From assembly GCA_965140585.1 (NCBI GenBank), contig OZ223267.1:224001-288000 (forward strand): a stretch of DNA of 64,000 bases. Direction: 5' to 3'. Shown here piece after piece: positions 27,486-37,331 of this stretch; the stretch's first letter is position 1; each line of letters begins with the position of its first letter. A model generated the notes under the pieces. It searched no databases. It was not told the origin of the DNA and saw only the letters and a program-made list of their open reading frames with translations. The stretch comes from Spirochaetia bacterium. GTDB lineage: Bacteria > Spirochaetota > Spirochaetia > UBA9216. A program made the translations under genes and the position numbers.

Positions 27486-28112
27486 CTACAAATTGGTGGG
27501 ATTTTCGGGGATAAGTCTTATGAAAAGTTCATCGAGAAGGGATGATACAGTATCAACATCGGGAAACATGGATTCATCAATTCCCCAGCTGTCGAGGATC
27601 CCGTCAATAAAGGTGAACAGAATGATCGCGAAGGAGCGGCAATTTACATCGCTGCGAATTTCACCCTTTTTCTTCAAATCCTCCAGAGTCAGCTCATAGG
27701 CGCTTATCATTGCATTCTGCTTCTTTTTCTCGTTTTCTATGATCGGGTTCATCTCTTCAATGTATTCCATTCGCGAATACATAATCTGGATAAACTGATG
27801 GAACTGCCGGTCATTTACAAATGTGTCGAAAAAACGGCAGAGATCCTGCTTGAACTCTGGCAGACTGGAATAGGTATATGTTGCATAGTCCTCAGGCCGT
27901 ACTTTGAACCGTTCGGTCAGGCTTTCATAAAGGGTGAAATACAGTTCAAACTTGTCTTTGAAGTGCCAGTATACCGCGCCTCTTGTAACACCGGCTTCCT
28001 GGGCGACCTCCGCCAGACTCGTTCTGGTAACACCCCGCCTGTAGAATACTTCAAGTGCGGCATCGAGTATTGACTGCCTGGTTTTTTCAGCCTCTTCTTT
28101 GGTCCTGCGCAT
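27486..28112 (-). CDS. TetR/AcrR family transcriptional regulator
   Basis: MRRTKEEAEKTRQSILDAA...AGVTRGAVYWHFKDK. Confidence 0.92.
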   Translation of the reverse strand: MRRTKEEAEKTRQSILDAALEVFYRRGVTRTSLAEVAQEAGVTRGAVYWHFKDKFELYFTLYESLTERFKVRPEDYATYTYSSLPEFKQDLCRFFDTFVNDRQFHQFIQIMYSRMEYIEEMNPIIENEKKKQNAMISAYELTLEDLKKKGEIRSDVNCRSFAIILFTFIDGILDSWGIDESMFPDVDTVSSLLDELFIRLIPENPTNL

Positions 28113-28237
28113 AAAGCAGATATATCCTAATTATCAAGCTTATACAATAGGCAGACTGATCGTTCACATTAATCCGCCAAATTGTTAGAATAGAATGGAT
28201 TTTATAAAAGATTGTACAGCCGGGAGATAATACGGAC

Positions 28238-29077
28238 ATGGAATATAAAATAATCAGACTTTTACACGGTTCCGATGCGGAACTTCACGCATATATACCC
28301 AATCCTGATGAAGCCAGAATGCATGAGAGGCTTCGGCCTGCAATGATAGTCTGCCCCGGCGGTGGGTACAGATTGATTGCCGGTACTGAGGGAGAGCCGG
28401 TCGCCCTTGCATGGGCCAGGGCCGGGTATTGTTCATTTGTACTGAAATATTCTACAGGTATGGAAAATCCGTTTCCACGGGCCCTTACTGAACTTGCCGC
28501 AGCGATGAAACTGATACGGCAGAATGCAGGGGCTTGGATGATAGACAGCGAAAATCTGAGTGTCAACGGTTTCAGTGCAGGCGGCCATCTTGCTCTTAGT
28601 CTCGGAGCTTTCTACAAGGAATCATTCCTCTGGCAGGAGCTGGAAACTGCGCCTGAAATACTGAGACCAAGGAACCTCGTTTTAAGCTATCCGTCAGTTA
28701 CTGTCAGAGCAAGAGCTGATATTGCCGCCCAGCTTCCCCGGCCCAGGATGTCCGAGATTCTCTGCGGCATGCCCGATCCTCCTTCTTCTGAGATTGAGAA
28801 AATGAACATTCTAAATTACATTTCCCCGTCATTTCCTCCCTGTTTTATATGGGGAACCCAGAAGGACAATATTCTGGCTTCTGCCGATTATCTGAAGCTT
28901 GCAGCTGCTGTAGATGAGTCCGGAGTAGACTGTGAGTTTCATATGTTTCAAAACGGCGGTCATGCGATGTCGCTGGGAGATGAGACAGTAAAGGCTCCTG
29001 AAGAAGTTGAAAATCTAAGCCTGAAAGCCTGGTTCGCTCTTGCTCTGCAATGGCTTGCGCAGCAGCGGATGAACTGA
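28238..29077 (+). CDS. Alpha/beta hydrolase (acetyl esterase/lipase-like)
   Basis: CPGGGY, GFSAGG nucleophile elbow, PPCFIW...D, GGH. Confidence 0.88.
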   Translation: MEYKIIRLLHGSDAELHAYIPNPDEARMHERLRPAMIVCPGGGYRLIAGTEGEPVALAWARAGYCSFVLKYSTGMENPFPRALTELAAAMKLIRQNAGAWMIDSENLSVNGFSAGGHLALSLGAFYKESFLWQELETAPEILRPRNLVLSYPSVTVRARADIAAQLPRPRMSEILCGMPDPPSSEIEKMNILNYISPSFPPCFIWGTQKDNILASADYLKLAAAVDESGVDCEFHMFQNGGHAMSLGDETVKAPEEVENLSLKAWFALALQWLAQQRMN

Positions 29078-29101
29078 AAAAAACGGAATTTTGTCTGTAT
29101 T

Positions 29102-29332
29102 TTATTCGGACTGAATTTTATTAAGAAAAACCTGATATGCCAGGATAGCTCCGGCAATTTCCGATTGCTTGAGCTCTCCCCGGCCGGCCCAGTCCTGACC
29201 CTCATAAATATAAAGGGCATTAAGCTCATTTTTTACAGTCTCCAGCGAGAAGTCCGGCCGTTCTGCAGAGGCTGTAAGTTTTGCCATGGTTTTTTCATAA
29301 TTCTCATCAAAAACAATTTCTTCAGTATTCAT
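29102..29332 (-). CDS. Small hypothetical protein (76 aa)
   Basis: RBS CGGAG upstream of the ATG; fills the gap between neighbouring genes; YEGQDWAGRG segment. Confidence 0.6.
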   Translation of the reverse strand: MNTEEIVFDENYEKTMAKLTASAERPDFSLETVKNELNALYIYEGQDWAGRGELKQSEIAGAILAYQVFLNKIQSE

Positions 29333-29406
29333 AAAGCTGTACTCCGTTAATGAAATATAATAAACCTGACTGTAATCATCAAGGATTAACTGTGAATTGT
29401 CTTTCC

Positions 29407-29435
29407 TTGACTGAAGATGCTGAAAATCTTAATCT
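29407..29435 (+). promoter_or_regulatory. Sigma70 promoter of the photolyase gene (probably leaderless)
   Basis: TTGACT-N17-TAATCT with the ATG six nt downstream and no SD. Confidence 0.55.
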
Positions 29436-29441
29436 GAAACT

Positions 29442-30791
29442 ATGATAGAAACCGAAAGAGTCCAAAGGCTTAACGATAAATCTGAATCGGCAGGTCGGTT
29501 TATTCTCTACTGGATGCAGGCTGCCCAGAGAAGCAGGTACAACCAGGCCCTTGAGGCTGCTGTAATCAAAGCAAACAGAATAGGTCAGCCGCTGCTTGTT
29601 GTATTCTGTATTGATTCATCTTTTCCGGAAGCTAACGCAAGGCATTTTTATTTCATGCTGCAGGGGCTGTGCGATGTCTCAACGGCTCTAAGTGAGCGTG
29701 GAATCAGCTTCACTGTTATACAGGGAAGCGCTTCTGATATAATCCCGAAGATTGTAAAAGAGGCCTCATGGCTGATCACCGATGCAGGTTATACCAGGGT
29801 TCAGAAGATTTGGCGCAAGGCTGTTGCCGAGGCTGTGGATATTCCCTTTGTTCAGGTTGAAACCGAAGTGGTGGTTCCTGTTGAAACTGCAATGCAGAAG
29901 GAAAGCTGGACTGCTGCAACACTCAGGCCGCGGATAATGAAGCAGCAGGGGTATTTTCTTAATCCGATGATTGAAAATGAACTTAAGAACAGGACTTCTG
30001 TTGAATTTGGTTTTGAATCATTTGATGTTTCAGATCCTGCAGCTGCGCTAAAAAAACTGGAACTTGATTTCAGTACAGGTCCGGTAGAAGGGATATCCGG
30101 AGGGCAGATTGAAGCCGATCGGGTTCTTGAGTTTTTTATCGGCAGAAGACTTGACCGGTACGATGAGTATCAGCGTGATCCTGTTTTAGGCGGAGCCTCG
30201 GGATTGAGCCCCTACCTTCATTTCGGACAGATTTCCCCTCTTGATATAGCATTAAGGGTAATAGATGCTGACAGTCCGGGATCCGACAAGTATATTGAGC
30301 AGCTGATTGTGCGGCGTGAGCTCAGCATGAATTTCTGTCATTTTAATCCGGAGTATGATCAATTCAGAGCTCTGCCTGCATGGGCATTGAAAACCCTTGG
30401 TGAGCATTCCGGTGATGAGCGTCCCTATCTGTATACTTTCGGACAGCTGGAGGCTGCAGAAACCCATGATCGTTACTGGAATGCGGCTCAGATGGAGATG
30501 GTAAAAACCGGATTTATGCATAACTACATGCGTATGTACTGGGGCAAGAAGATCCTGGAATGGATGAATTCTCCGGAAGATGCCTTCAATACAGCTGTCT
30601 GCCTGAATAATAAATATCAGCTTGACGGTCGCGACCCCAACGGCTTTGCCGGTGTTGCCTGGTGTTTCGGAAAGCATGACCAGGGCTGGAAGGAACGTCC
30701 TGTATTCGGAAAGATCAGGTATATGAATGCCGCCGGCCTGAAAAGAAAGTTTGATATTGATCTTTACGTGAACAGGGTAGAGAATATCTGA
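29442..30791 (+). CDS. phrB: Class II CPD DNA photolyase
   Basis: ILYWMQ..QR..N, SGLSPYLHFGQIS, EQLIVRRELS, MHNYMRMYWGKKILEW, DGRDPNG. Confidence 0.92.
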   Translation: MIETERVQRLNDKSESAGRFILYWMQAAQRSRYNQALEAAVIKANRIGQPLLVVFCIDSSFPEANARHFYFMLQGLCDVSTALSERGISFTVIQGSASDIIPKIVKEASWLITDAGYTRVQKIWRKAVAEAVDIPFVQVETEVVVPVETAMQKESWTAATLRPRIMKQQGYFLNPMIENELKNRTSVEFGFESFDVSDPAAALKKLELDFSTGPVEGISGGQIEADRVLEFFIGRRLDRYDEYQRDPVLGGASGLSPYLHFGQISPLDIALRVIDADSPGSDKYIEQLIVRRELSMNFCHFNPEYDQFRALPAWALKTLGEHSGDERPYLYTFGQLEAAETHDRYWNAAQMEMVKTGFMHNYMRMYWGKKILEWMNSPEDAFNTAVCLNNKYQLDGRDPNGFAGVAWCFGKHDQGWKERPVFGKIRYMNAAGLKRKFDIDLYVNRVENI

Positions 30792-30802
30792 AAGAAAAGC
30801 TA

Positions 30803-30831
30803 TTGAAATAGAAAGGTAAGCATATTACAAT
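30803..30831 (+). promoter_or_regulatory. Sigma70 promoter upstream of cheW
   Basis: TTGAAA-N17-TACAAT. Confidence 0.6.
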
Positions 30832-30860
30832 ATTATCTATAGATAACATCCGGAGGGCGC

Positions 30861-31337
30861 ATGGCAGAAAATGATCTGATACAGTTGGTCACGTTCCAGT
30901 TGGGCGATGAATTGTATGGAATTGATATAATGAATGTCAAGGAAATACAGAAAGTTAAAGAAATAAGGGCAATCCCTAATGCGCCCATGTATGTTGAGGG
31001 TATTTTCAATCTGCGCGGAGTAATAATTCCGGTAATAAATCTTCATAAAAGATTTCATATTAAAAAGGCCGAACTTAGCGAAGAAGACAAGATGCTCAGC
31101 GGATTTCTTATCATAAGCATAAACGGGCGTATGCTCGGTGTTTATATTGATAAGGTTTCAAGGGTTATGACAATAGAAAAAAGTGACATCCAGCCGCCAC
31201 CGCAGATGATAGCCGGAATAGGTACAGAATACATACAGGGTGTAGTCAAAGAAGAAGACGGTTACCTGATCATTCTGGATATCAACCGGCTATTTGATCC
31301 TAAAGAGCTGCAGCAGCTTGGAAAGCTTAATAACTGA
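30861..31337 (+). CDS. cheW: Chemotaxis coupling protein CheW
   Basis: QLVTFQLG..YGIDI..V.EI, IPNAP.YVEGIFNLRG.IIPVI. Confidence 0.93.
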   Translation: MAENDLIQLVTFQLGDELYGIDIMNVKEIQKVKEIRAIPNAPMYVEGIFNLRGVIIPVINLHKRFHIKKAELSEEDKMLSGFLIISINGRMLGVYIDKVSRVMTIEKSDIQPPPQMIAGIGTEYIQGVVKEEDGYLIILDINRLFDPKELQQLGKLNN

Positions 31338-31354
31338 CAGGGATAAAATACTGA

Positions 31355-32377
31355 ATGAATATATCTGTATATAAACCGTCCATCAGAAGAAAAGAAATGG
31401 ACGCTGTTCTCACATGCATGGTCTCCGACCGTATAGGTTTCGGGGAAGCTGCTTCACAGCTTGTAAAGGATCTTTCGGCCTACCTTGGCTGTAAGGGCGG
31501 TTTTGCATACAAAGAGTATTACAGGGCAATTGCCACAGCTCTTGACGCCCTTGGTCTTGAACCTGGAAGCGGGATAATTGTGTCTGCTCTTGCACCTGAA
31601 TTATATGAAATGGTTATCCGGGACTGCGGATTTACCCCGGTAATCCTCGATGTAGATCCTGATACCGGCTGCCTGAGTGCTGAGCTTGCAGAGCAGAATG
31701 CCGAAACAGCCGCCGCAATCATTATGCATTACACAATGGGCTTCGTTCCCGATGCTGAAAGAATATTCGGTATCGGGCTTCCCGTAATTGAAGATATTTC
31801 AATGGCTCTCGGTGCCGAAATAGGCGAGGCCAAAGCAGGTTCCCTCGGCCGCTTTACCATTATGAACATGGATGAAGACGGTATGATTACATCAGGCGGG
31901 GGTGCTGTTGTCCTTTCCGGTTCAAACAAAGACAGGGCAGCGCTGAAGGCTGCTGCGGAAAAGCTTCATCCTTCAATGTTTCTTCCCGATATGAACGCAT
32001 CGCTGGCAATTGCCCAGCTGAATAATATTTCCGATTATCTTGATGCCAGGGCTGAGATTGCTGATATTTTCGTTAAATCGGTTATGCGGTCCAAACATAA
32101 AATCCTTATGCAGAAGTCTGAAGATAAGAACGTTTACTACAGCTTTCCTGTAATCCTGGAAACCGGGCTTGCAGAAGTCGCAGCCTATGCCAGGAAGAAG
32201 AATATTCTTACTGAACCGGCGTTTGCCGGGGCAATTGCAGCCTACTCAGATGAAGCTCAGGGCAGCTGTCCCGAAGCGAAAGCTCTGCTTTTGCGCTGTG
32301 TAAATTTCCCACTGTATCCCATGCTCGGAAAAAAGAATATAGCAGAAATTTCTAAAGTTCTGTCTTCTCTTCCGTAA
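31355..32377 (+). CDS. DegT/DnrJ/EryC1/StrS-fold protein, degenerate PLP site
   Basis: PVILDVDPDT, VIED, ITSGGGA, FPLYP; the canonical SF..xK lysine is absent. Confidence 0.75.
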   Translation: MNISVYKPSIRRKEMDAVLTCMVSDRIGFGEAASQLVKDLSAYLGCKGGFAYKEYYRAIATALDALGLEPGSGIIVSALAPELYEMVIRDCGFTPVILDVDPDTGCLSAELAEQNAETAAAIIMHYTMGFVPDAERIFGIGLPVIEDISMALGAEIGEAKAGSLGRFTIMNMDEDGMITSGGGAVVLSGSNKDRAALKAAAEKLHPSMFLPDMNASLAIAQLNNISDYLDARAEIADIFVKSVMRSKHKILMQKSEDKNVYYSFPVILETGLAEVAAYARKKNILTEPAFAGAIAAYSDEAQGSCPEAKALLLRCVNFPLYPMLGKKNIAEISKVLSSLP

Positions 32378-32396
32378 GAGGCTGAAATATTCTATT

Positions 32397-33251
32397 ATGC
32401 GGAAAGTGATTAAAAAAGCGGCAATTATTGTAAATATGCTCAAACCTGAAGCCAGTGAACTGGTGAAGGACATTGTCGCGTACCTTGAAAACCGCGGCAT
32501 CGCTTCAGCCGTTTTCGGTTATACCGGCGATCCTATACAGCCGGAAATTGATGACATTGATATAGCCTTTTCGCTAGGCGGTGACGGGACAGTCCTTTTT
32601 TGCGCGAGAATTCTGGCTGATTCAGATGTTCCGGTTTTTGCCGTAAATATCGGAAACTTCGGCTTTATCACCGAGGTCTCCAAGGATGAATGGCAGGAAA
32701 CCTTCGAAGACTACCTTGAAGGACGTCTTGGCTTAAGCCGCAGGCTCATGCTTGAAGTTGAAGTTGAGAGAAAGGGGAAGATCGTTTCAAAATTCGCCTG
32801 TCTCAACGACTCTGTAATTTCCGCATACGGCATATCAAAGATGATCAGACTTTCAGTGGCCCTTGATGACACTCCGCTCGGTGAATACCGGGCCGATGGA
32901 ATAATAGTATCCACTCCTACCGGTGCGACAGCCTATTCAGCTGCTGCCGGAGGACCTCTTCTCGATCCTGAGATGGATGCTATCCTTATCAATCCGATTT
33001 GTCCATTTACGCTTTCCAACCGTCCTATAGTTGTTCAAGCAGACCGAGAAATAAGCGTTATAGTTGAACAGGAGCAGAGAGCCCGTGTTATACTGACTAT
33101 AGACGGACAGATGGTTTTTCCTCTGAGTCCGCTGGACCGTATAATCTATCGTCAGTCAGCCAAAAAGGCTCAGATTATCAGGTCCGGCCGAAGGAATTTT
33201 TATGAAATTCTTAGAAGCAAGTTGAAGTGGTCTGGAGGTCCGGATGCTTGA
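32397..33251 (+). CDS. nadK: NAD+ kinase
   Basis: LGGDGT, GNFGF, LND, DGIIVSTPTGATAY...GGP. Confidence 0.93.
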   Translation: MRKVIKKAAIIVNMLKPEASELVKDIVAYLENRGIASAVFGYTGDPIQPEIDDIDIAFSLGGDGTVLFCARILADSDVPVFAVNIGNFGFITEVSKDEWQETFEDYLEGRLGLSRRLMLEVEVERKGKIVSKFACLNDSVISAYGISKMIRLSVALDDTPLGEYRADGIIVSTPTGATAYSAAAGGPLLDPEMDAILINPICPFTLSNRPIVVQADREISVIVEQEQRARVILTIDGQMVFPLSPLDRIIYRQSAKKAQIIRSGRRNFYEILRSKLKWSGGPDA

Positions 33252-34956
33252 GGTTATAAACATCAGAAATTATGCCCTTGCTGAAAATCTCTCAGTTGAA
33301 TTTCATGAAGGGCTAAATATCCTTTCCGGGGAAACCGGCTCAGGAAAATCAGTTATTATCGGGGCTCTCGGCCTGGTTCTGGGCGAGAAAGGTGATTCCG
33401 GAGTCATCCGGACCGGCACCGATGAAACAGAGGTCTCTGCTGTTGTAAATCTTGAAGGGAATACCGAAGCCCTGGAATGGCTTGAAGCCAGAGCAATAGA
33501 ACCTGACGACGGCAGTATTATCCTCCGAAGAATTCTCAAAAGTACAGGGCGCGGAAGTATTTTTATTCAGTCTGTTCCGGTAACCAGAAATGATATTGCC
33601 GAGTTTACATCGCTTCTTTTTGATATCCATGGGCAGCATGAACATCAGTCCCTTCTTTCCGCGGATAAGCATCTTAAACTTCTCGATCTGTACGGTGGAA
33701 CTCAGGATCTTGCATCCGGCCTTCGGGATGATTTTGCCGAGCTCTCCGCAGTAAAAAAAGAATACCAGAGTCTTGTCTCCGACGAGAGGGAGATGCTTCG
33801 TGAAGCGGAGCTTGCCGAATTTGCGGTACGTGAGATTGAAGCTGCCGGACTTAAACCCGGCGAGATAGAAGCTCTTGAAACCGAACACAGTATGCTCTCG
33901 CAGGCTGAGAAGCTGTTTATCTACTTTGAGGATATCCACAGGGGCTTGAGCAGCGGAAGCGGCGCAATGGGTGGACTGCGGAAAGCGCTTGATGCTCTAA
34001 GGGAAATAAGCAGGATTAATCCAGAGTTTGCTGAATATACCAGCAGGCTTGAAAATATATATTATGAAACTGAAGACATTCAGAACAGTGTGGAATCCTA
34101 CCGGTTAGATTTTGATTTCAGCCCGCAGAGGCTGGAAGCCTGTGAAACCAGGCTTTCCGACATCCTTAAGCTGAAAAAGAAATACGGCGATACCGAGGAG
34201 GAGATTCTCGAATTTCTCGAAACAAGCCGGAGGCGGATTGACAGCATAGAGAACCGGGAAGAACTGAAAGCCGAATACGGTGAAAAAATATCAGTACTCG
34301 AAAAGAAAGTCCTTTCAAACGCTTCTGAACTCTCCGGTCAGAGAAAGAAGAGCGCTCTTGCACTTCAGAAAGCTATCCAGCAGCAGCTGAAGGCGCTGGG
34401 AATGCCAAAGGCGGAGTTCTCCGTATCTGTAGAACCGAGGCTCGGTACAAACGGAAAGCCGGCCTGCGGTCCCCAGGGTTATGACCAGGTGGAGTTCATG
34501 ATTGCCCCGAATCAGGGTGAAACTGCAAAAAAACTGCGAACTATTGCCTCCGGAGGAGAAATTTCGCGTGTAATGCTTGCAATTAAGTCAATTCTTGCCG
34601 AAATTGATAATATAAGCTGTCTTGTCTTTGATGAGATTGATGCCGGTATAGGCGGTGAAATAGCTGTCGCAGTGGGTGAGCATCTGCATAAATTATCTTT
34701 ATGTAAGCAGATTATCTGTATTACTCACCTTGCATCAATCGGTGTTCGTGCAGATAACCATATCAAAGTCAGCAAGATCACAAGGGACGGAAGAACGTTT
34801 ACCGAGATAAGCAGGATTGAAGGTGAGGGACAAATCACTGAAATAGCCAGGATGCTTTCAGGTGACAGCAATGAAGATGCATCGCTCCAGCACGCACGTC
34901 AGCTTCTGGAAAAGTACAGCAGTATGGAAGGAATAGGTACCTGTGGGAAAGATTAG
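33244..34956 (+). CDS. recN: DNA repair protein RecN
   Basis: GETGSGKS, DIHGQHE, ASGGEISR, FDEIDAGIGG. Confidence 0.95.
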   Translation: MLEVINIRNYALAENLSVEFHEGLNILSGETGSGKSVIIGALGLVLGEKGDSGVIRTGTDETEVSAVVNLEGNTEALEWLEARAIEPDDGSIILRRILKSTGRGSIFIQSVPVTRNDIAEFTSLLFDIHGQHEHQSLLSADKHLKLLDLYGGTQDLASGLRDDFAELSAVKKEYQSLVSDEREMLREAELAEFAVREIEAAGLKPGEIEALETEHSMLSQAEKLFIYFEDIHRGLSSGSGAMGGLRKALDALREISRINPEFAEYTSRLENIYYETEDIQNSVESYRLDFDFSPQRLEACETRLSDILKLKKKYGDTEEEILEFLETSRRRIDSIENREELKAEYGEKISVLEKKVLSNASELSGQRKKSALALQKAIQQQLKALGMPKAEFSVSVEPRLGTNGKPACGPQGYDQVEFMIAPNQGETAKKLRTIASGGEISRVMLAIKSILAEIDNISCLVFDEIDAGIGGEIAVAVGEHLHKLSLCKQIICITHLASIGVRADNHIKVSKITRDGRTFTEISRIEGEGQITEIARMLSGDSNEDASLQHARQLLEKYSSMEGIGTCGKD

Positions 34957-35761
34957 TGCTCAGGCCAAAGAGGAATATACAGATAAACTCAAGGATTTCA
35001 AGGTTGAACTGGAACGCTTAAGGGACTCTGAATATAACCTTGGAACGATTGCAAGACGGGAACGGGATAAAACCGGTGCCGGATTTCTCAGAGTTGCAGA
35101 TGAAAATCTCAATATTGTATCTTATCTGGTCTTAATGAATAATCTTTCTGTTGCAATGCTCGGAATTAAAAATGATGCCTATCTTAATGAAGCCAGAAAA
35201 ACCTGTTATAAAGCCATTATCAGCATAGAAGATGCTGTCTCTAATTTTATAGATGTGCCGTATTCTGAATATGAAGATCGGCTTGAAAAACTGAAGAATG
35301 TTGATCAGAAGCAGCGCTGGACTTTAATCCGGAAGCTTGGTTTTGCAATTCAGTCGGTCAAAGAAGGCTTCGGTGAAAATACTAAATGGAGATGGTCTTT
35401 CGCAGAAATTGAAGCAAGATTTGCGATTGTAGCAAAGAATCTTCTGGATCTGAAAACCCTCACTGCGGGCCTTGATCCCAGGGCTGAGTTCTACAGAGAG
35501 AGGCAGGCCCATCTTAAGCTTGTTAAAAAACTTCTGCAGTCTGCTGCAGACGGATATCGTGAAAAATATGAGCTTTCAACACTTCGTATCGATGACTTTA
35601 AACTGGCAATAAACTATCTTGGTGCACTTAGACGCCTGAATGCGATTGTCGGTGAGCCTGAAGAAGCGAATGAGCTTAAAAAGAAAATTGATGTCTGGAA
35701 AAGCAAGATGGATCAGGATATCAAGAAAAAAGAATCAGCTTCGAAATCCGGATCCATATAG
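34943..35761 (+). CDS. Hypothetical helical protein following recN
   Basis: GTG start overlapping recN; 272-aa ORF with LNEARK and KWRWSF segments. Confidence 0.7.
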   Translation: MGKISAQAKEEYTDKLKDFKVELERLRDSEYNLGTIARRERDKTGAGFLRVADENLNIVSYLVLMNNLSVAMLGIKNDAYLNEARKTCYKAIISIEDAVSNFIDVPYSEYEDRLEKLKNVDQKQRWTLIRKLGFAIQSVKEGFGENTKWRWSFAEIEARFAIVAKNLLDLKTLTAGLDPRAEFYRERQAHLKLVKKLLQSAADGYREKYELSTLRIDDFKLAINYLGALRRLNAIVGEPEEANELKKKIDVWKSKMDQDIKKKESASKSGSI

Positions 35762-35767
35762 CTTCAT

Positions 35768-36184
35768 TTATTCCGAATATTTTCCGTCTTTCAGTTCTCC
35801 GAGCGCATCAAATGGCATCAGTTCCCCTGTTGTGGTGCTTACGAAGTTATTCATGTCTTCTCCGCAGAAATAGACAGGAAAGTCTTTAAGAGTAAATTCT
35901 GAAATAACCTGTCTGCATGCCCCGCAGGGAGAAACTGGGTATTCGGCCCTGGGACAGGATATGGCAAGGGCTTTAAAATTTCTTAATCCTAGTGAGATCG
36001 CTTTTACTATAGCACTTCGTTCTGCACAAATTGTGAGTCCGAATGAACGGTTCTCAACATTTGCTCCTGTAATTATCTCACCGTTATCGCATAGCAGCGC
36101 CGCTCCGACAGGGAAATGTGAATATGGTGAGTAGGTTTCTTCAGCAGCTTTTCTGGCTTCCTGCAGCAGTTCTTCTGGTTTCAC
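35768..36184 (-). CDS. cdd: Cytidine deaminase
   Basis: YSPYSHFPVGAA, GANVEN, CAER, PCGACRQ. Confidence 0.93.
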   Translation of the reverse strand: MKPEELLQEARKAAEETYSPYSHFPVGAALLCDNGEIITGANVENRSFGLTICAERSAIVKAISLGLRNFKALAISCPRAEYPVSPCGACRQVISEFTLKDFPVYFCGEDMNNFVSTTTGELMPFDALGELKDGKYSE

Positions 36185-36275
36185 AGTATACTCCTTGGGT
36201 GAAACTGCCGAAACTGAAAACAGTATTTGACAGTGTCACACCTAATAGTATAGGATGCAATTGAATGTGGGAGCA

Positions 36276-37331
36276 ATGAAAAAAAGATTTACTATCGGAA
36301 TATTTTTTATCGTACTTGCTGCTTACACCTTGATTTTTCCCCATTTTATCAGGAAAGAGCTGGTGTTTCTGCCCTCCTGGGCAACAGTGATACCGGACGA
36401 GCATACTGCAGCCCCGGCAGCTGCCGGAGATCCGGTACCGTTCAAACTCAGCGGAAAGTTCGGCTATATCGGCCCTTCCGGAATTATTGTCTATTCAGAC
36501 AGCTTTCTATCTGATGCCGCAGTTGCCGAAGATTTTTTTATTAACTATTCAAATGTCTCGGAACGCCTGGTTATGCAGGATAAAAACGGCCGTATTTTAA
36601 ACAGCATTGATACTGAGGGCTATCCGTTTTTTCTTAATGAAAGATTTTATGTGATATCCGCCGACAGAATGACTGTTTCAGAATATGATGAAGAAGGTGA
36701 GGTTCTGTGGACTGTTTCACCCGGTGCTATGATTACCTGTGCTGATGCAAGCTCAAAATACACATTGCTTGGACTTCTTAACGGTGATGTTCTTCTCTTT
36801 GATCATGACGGAACTCAGCTTTTCTCATTCTTCTCGACAGAAAGCAGATACAGTGCTGTATACGGTTGTTCCATTACAGGCGACGGCAGCAGTTTTGCTG
36901 TGGTCTCCGGGCTTAACCATCAGAAACTTATAGTTTTTCAGAAAAGAAATGAAAAATACAGCCGGATCTTTACATCAGACACTGCTGAGCAGGTCAGACG
37001 TAACCTTTACCTCGATTTTTCCAGGGACGGCAAGTACCTGTATATGGAAACATCAGAAGGTCTGGCCTATTACCATACTGTAAAATTTGAAGACGGGATG
37101 AAACCTCTTGAGGGAAGGATTGTCTACTCCAGTATTGCTGCGGAAAAAAGCCTGTCCTTTGTTGTAACGCACGAAGGCAGTAAAGCCCTGCTTAACGTTT
37201 ACAGGAATGACATAGGCAGTCTTGCGGATTTCAGTTTCCCATATGAGGATTTTTTCTTTTATCCGGCCGACGGATGTATCTATGTAGGATCAGGCGATAC
37301 ACTGGTTAGAATTGACATAATTGAAGGATAG
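36276..37331 (+). CDS. Membrane-anchored beta-propeller-like hypothetical protein
   Basis: N-terminal TM helix, then repeated beta-rich units (DxxGxxLW, FSRDGKYL); RBS GGGAG before ATG 36276. Confidence 0.6.
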   Translation: MKKRFTIGIFFIVLAAYTLIFPHFIRKELVFLPSWATVIPDEHTAAPAAAGDPVPFKLSGKFGYIGPSGIIVYSDSFLSDAAVAEDFFINYSNVSERLVMQDKNGRILNSIDTEGYPFFLNERFYVISADRMTVSEYDEEGEVLWTVSPGAMITCADASSKYTLLGLLNGDVLLFDHDGTQLFSFFSTESRYSAVYGCSITGDGSSFAVVSGLNHQKLIVFQKRNEKYSRIFTSDTAEQVRRNLYLDFSRDGKYLYMETSEGLAYYHTVKFEDGMKPLEGRIVYSSIAAEKSLSFVVTHEGSKALLNVYRNDIGSLADFSFPYEDFFFYPADGCIYVGSGDTLVRIDIIEG

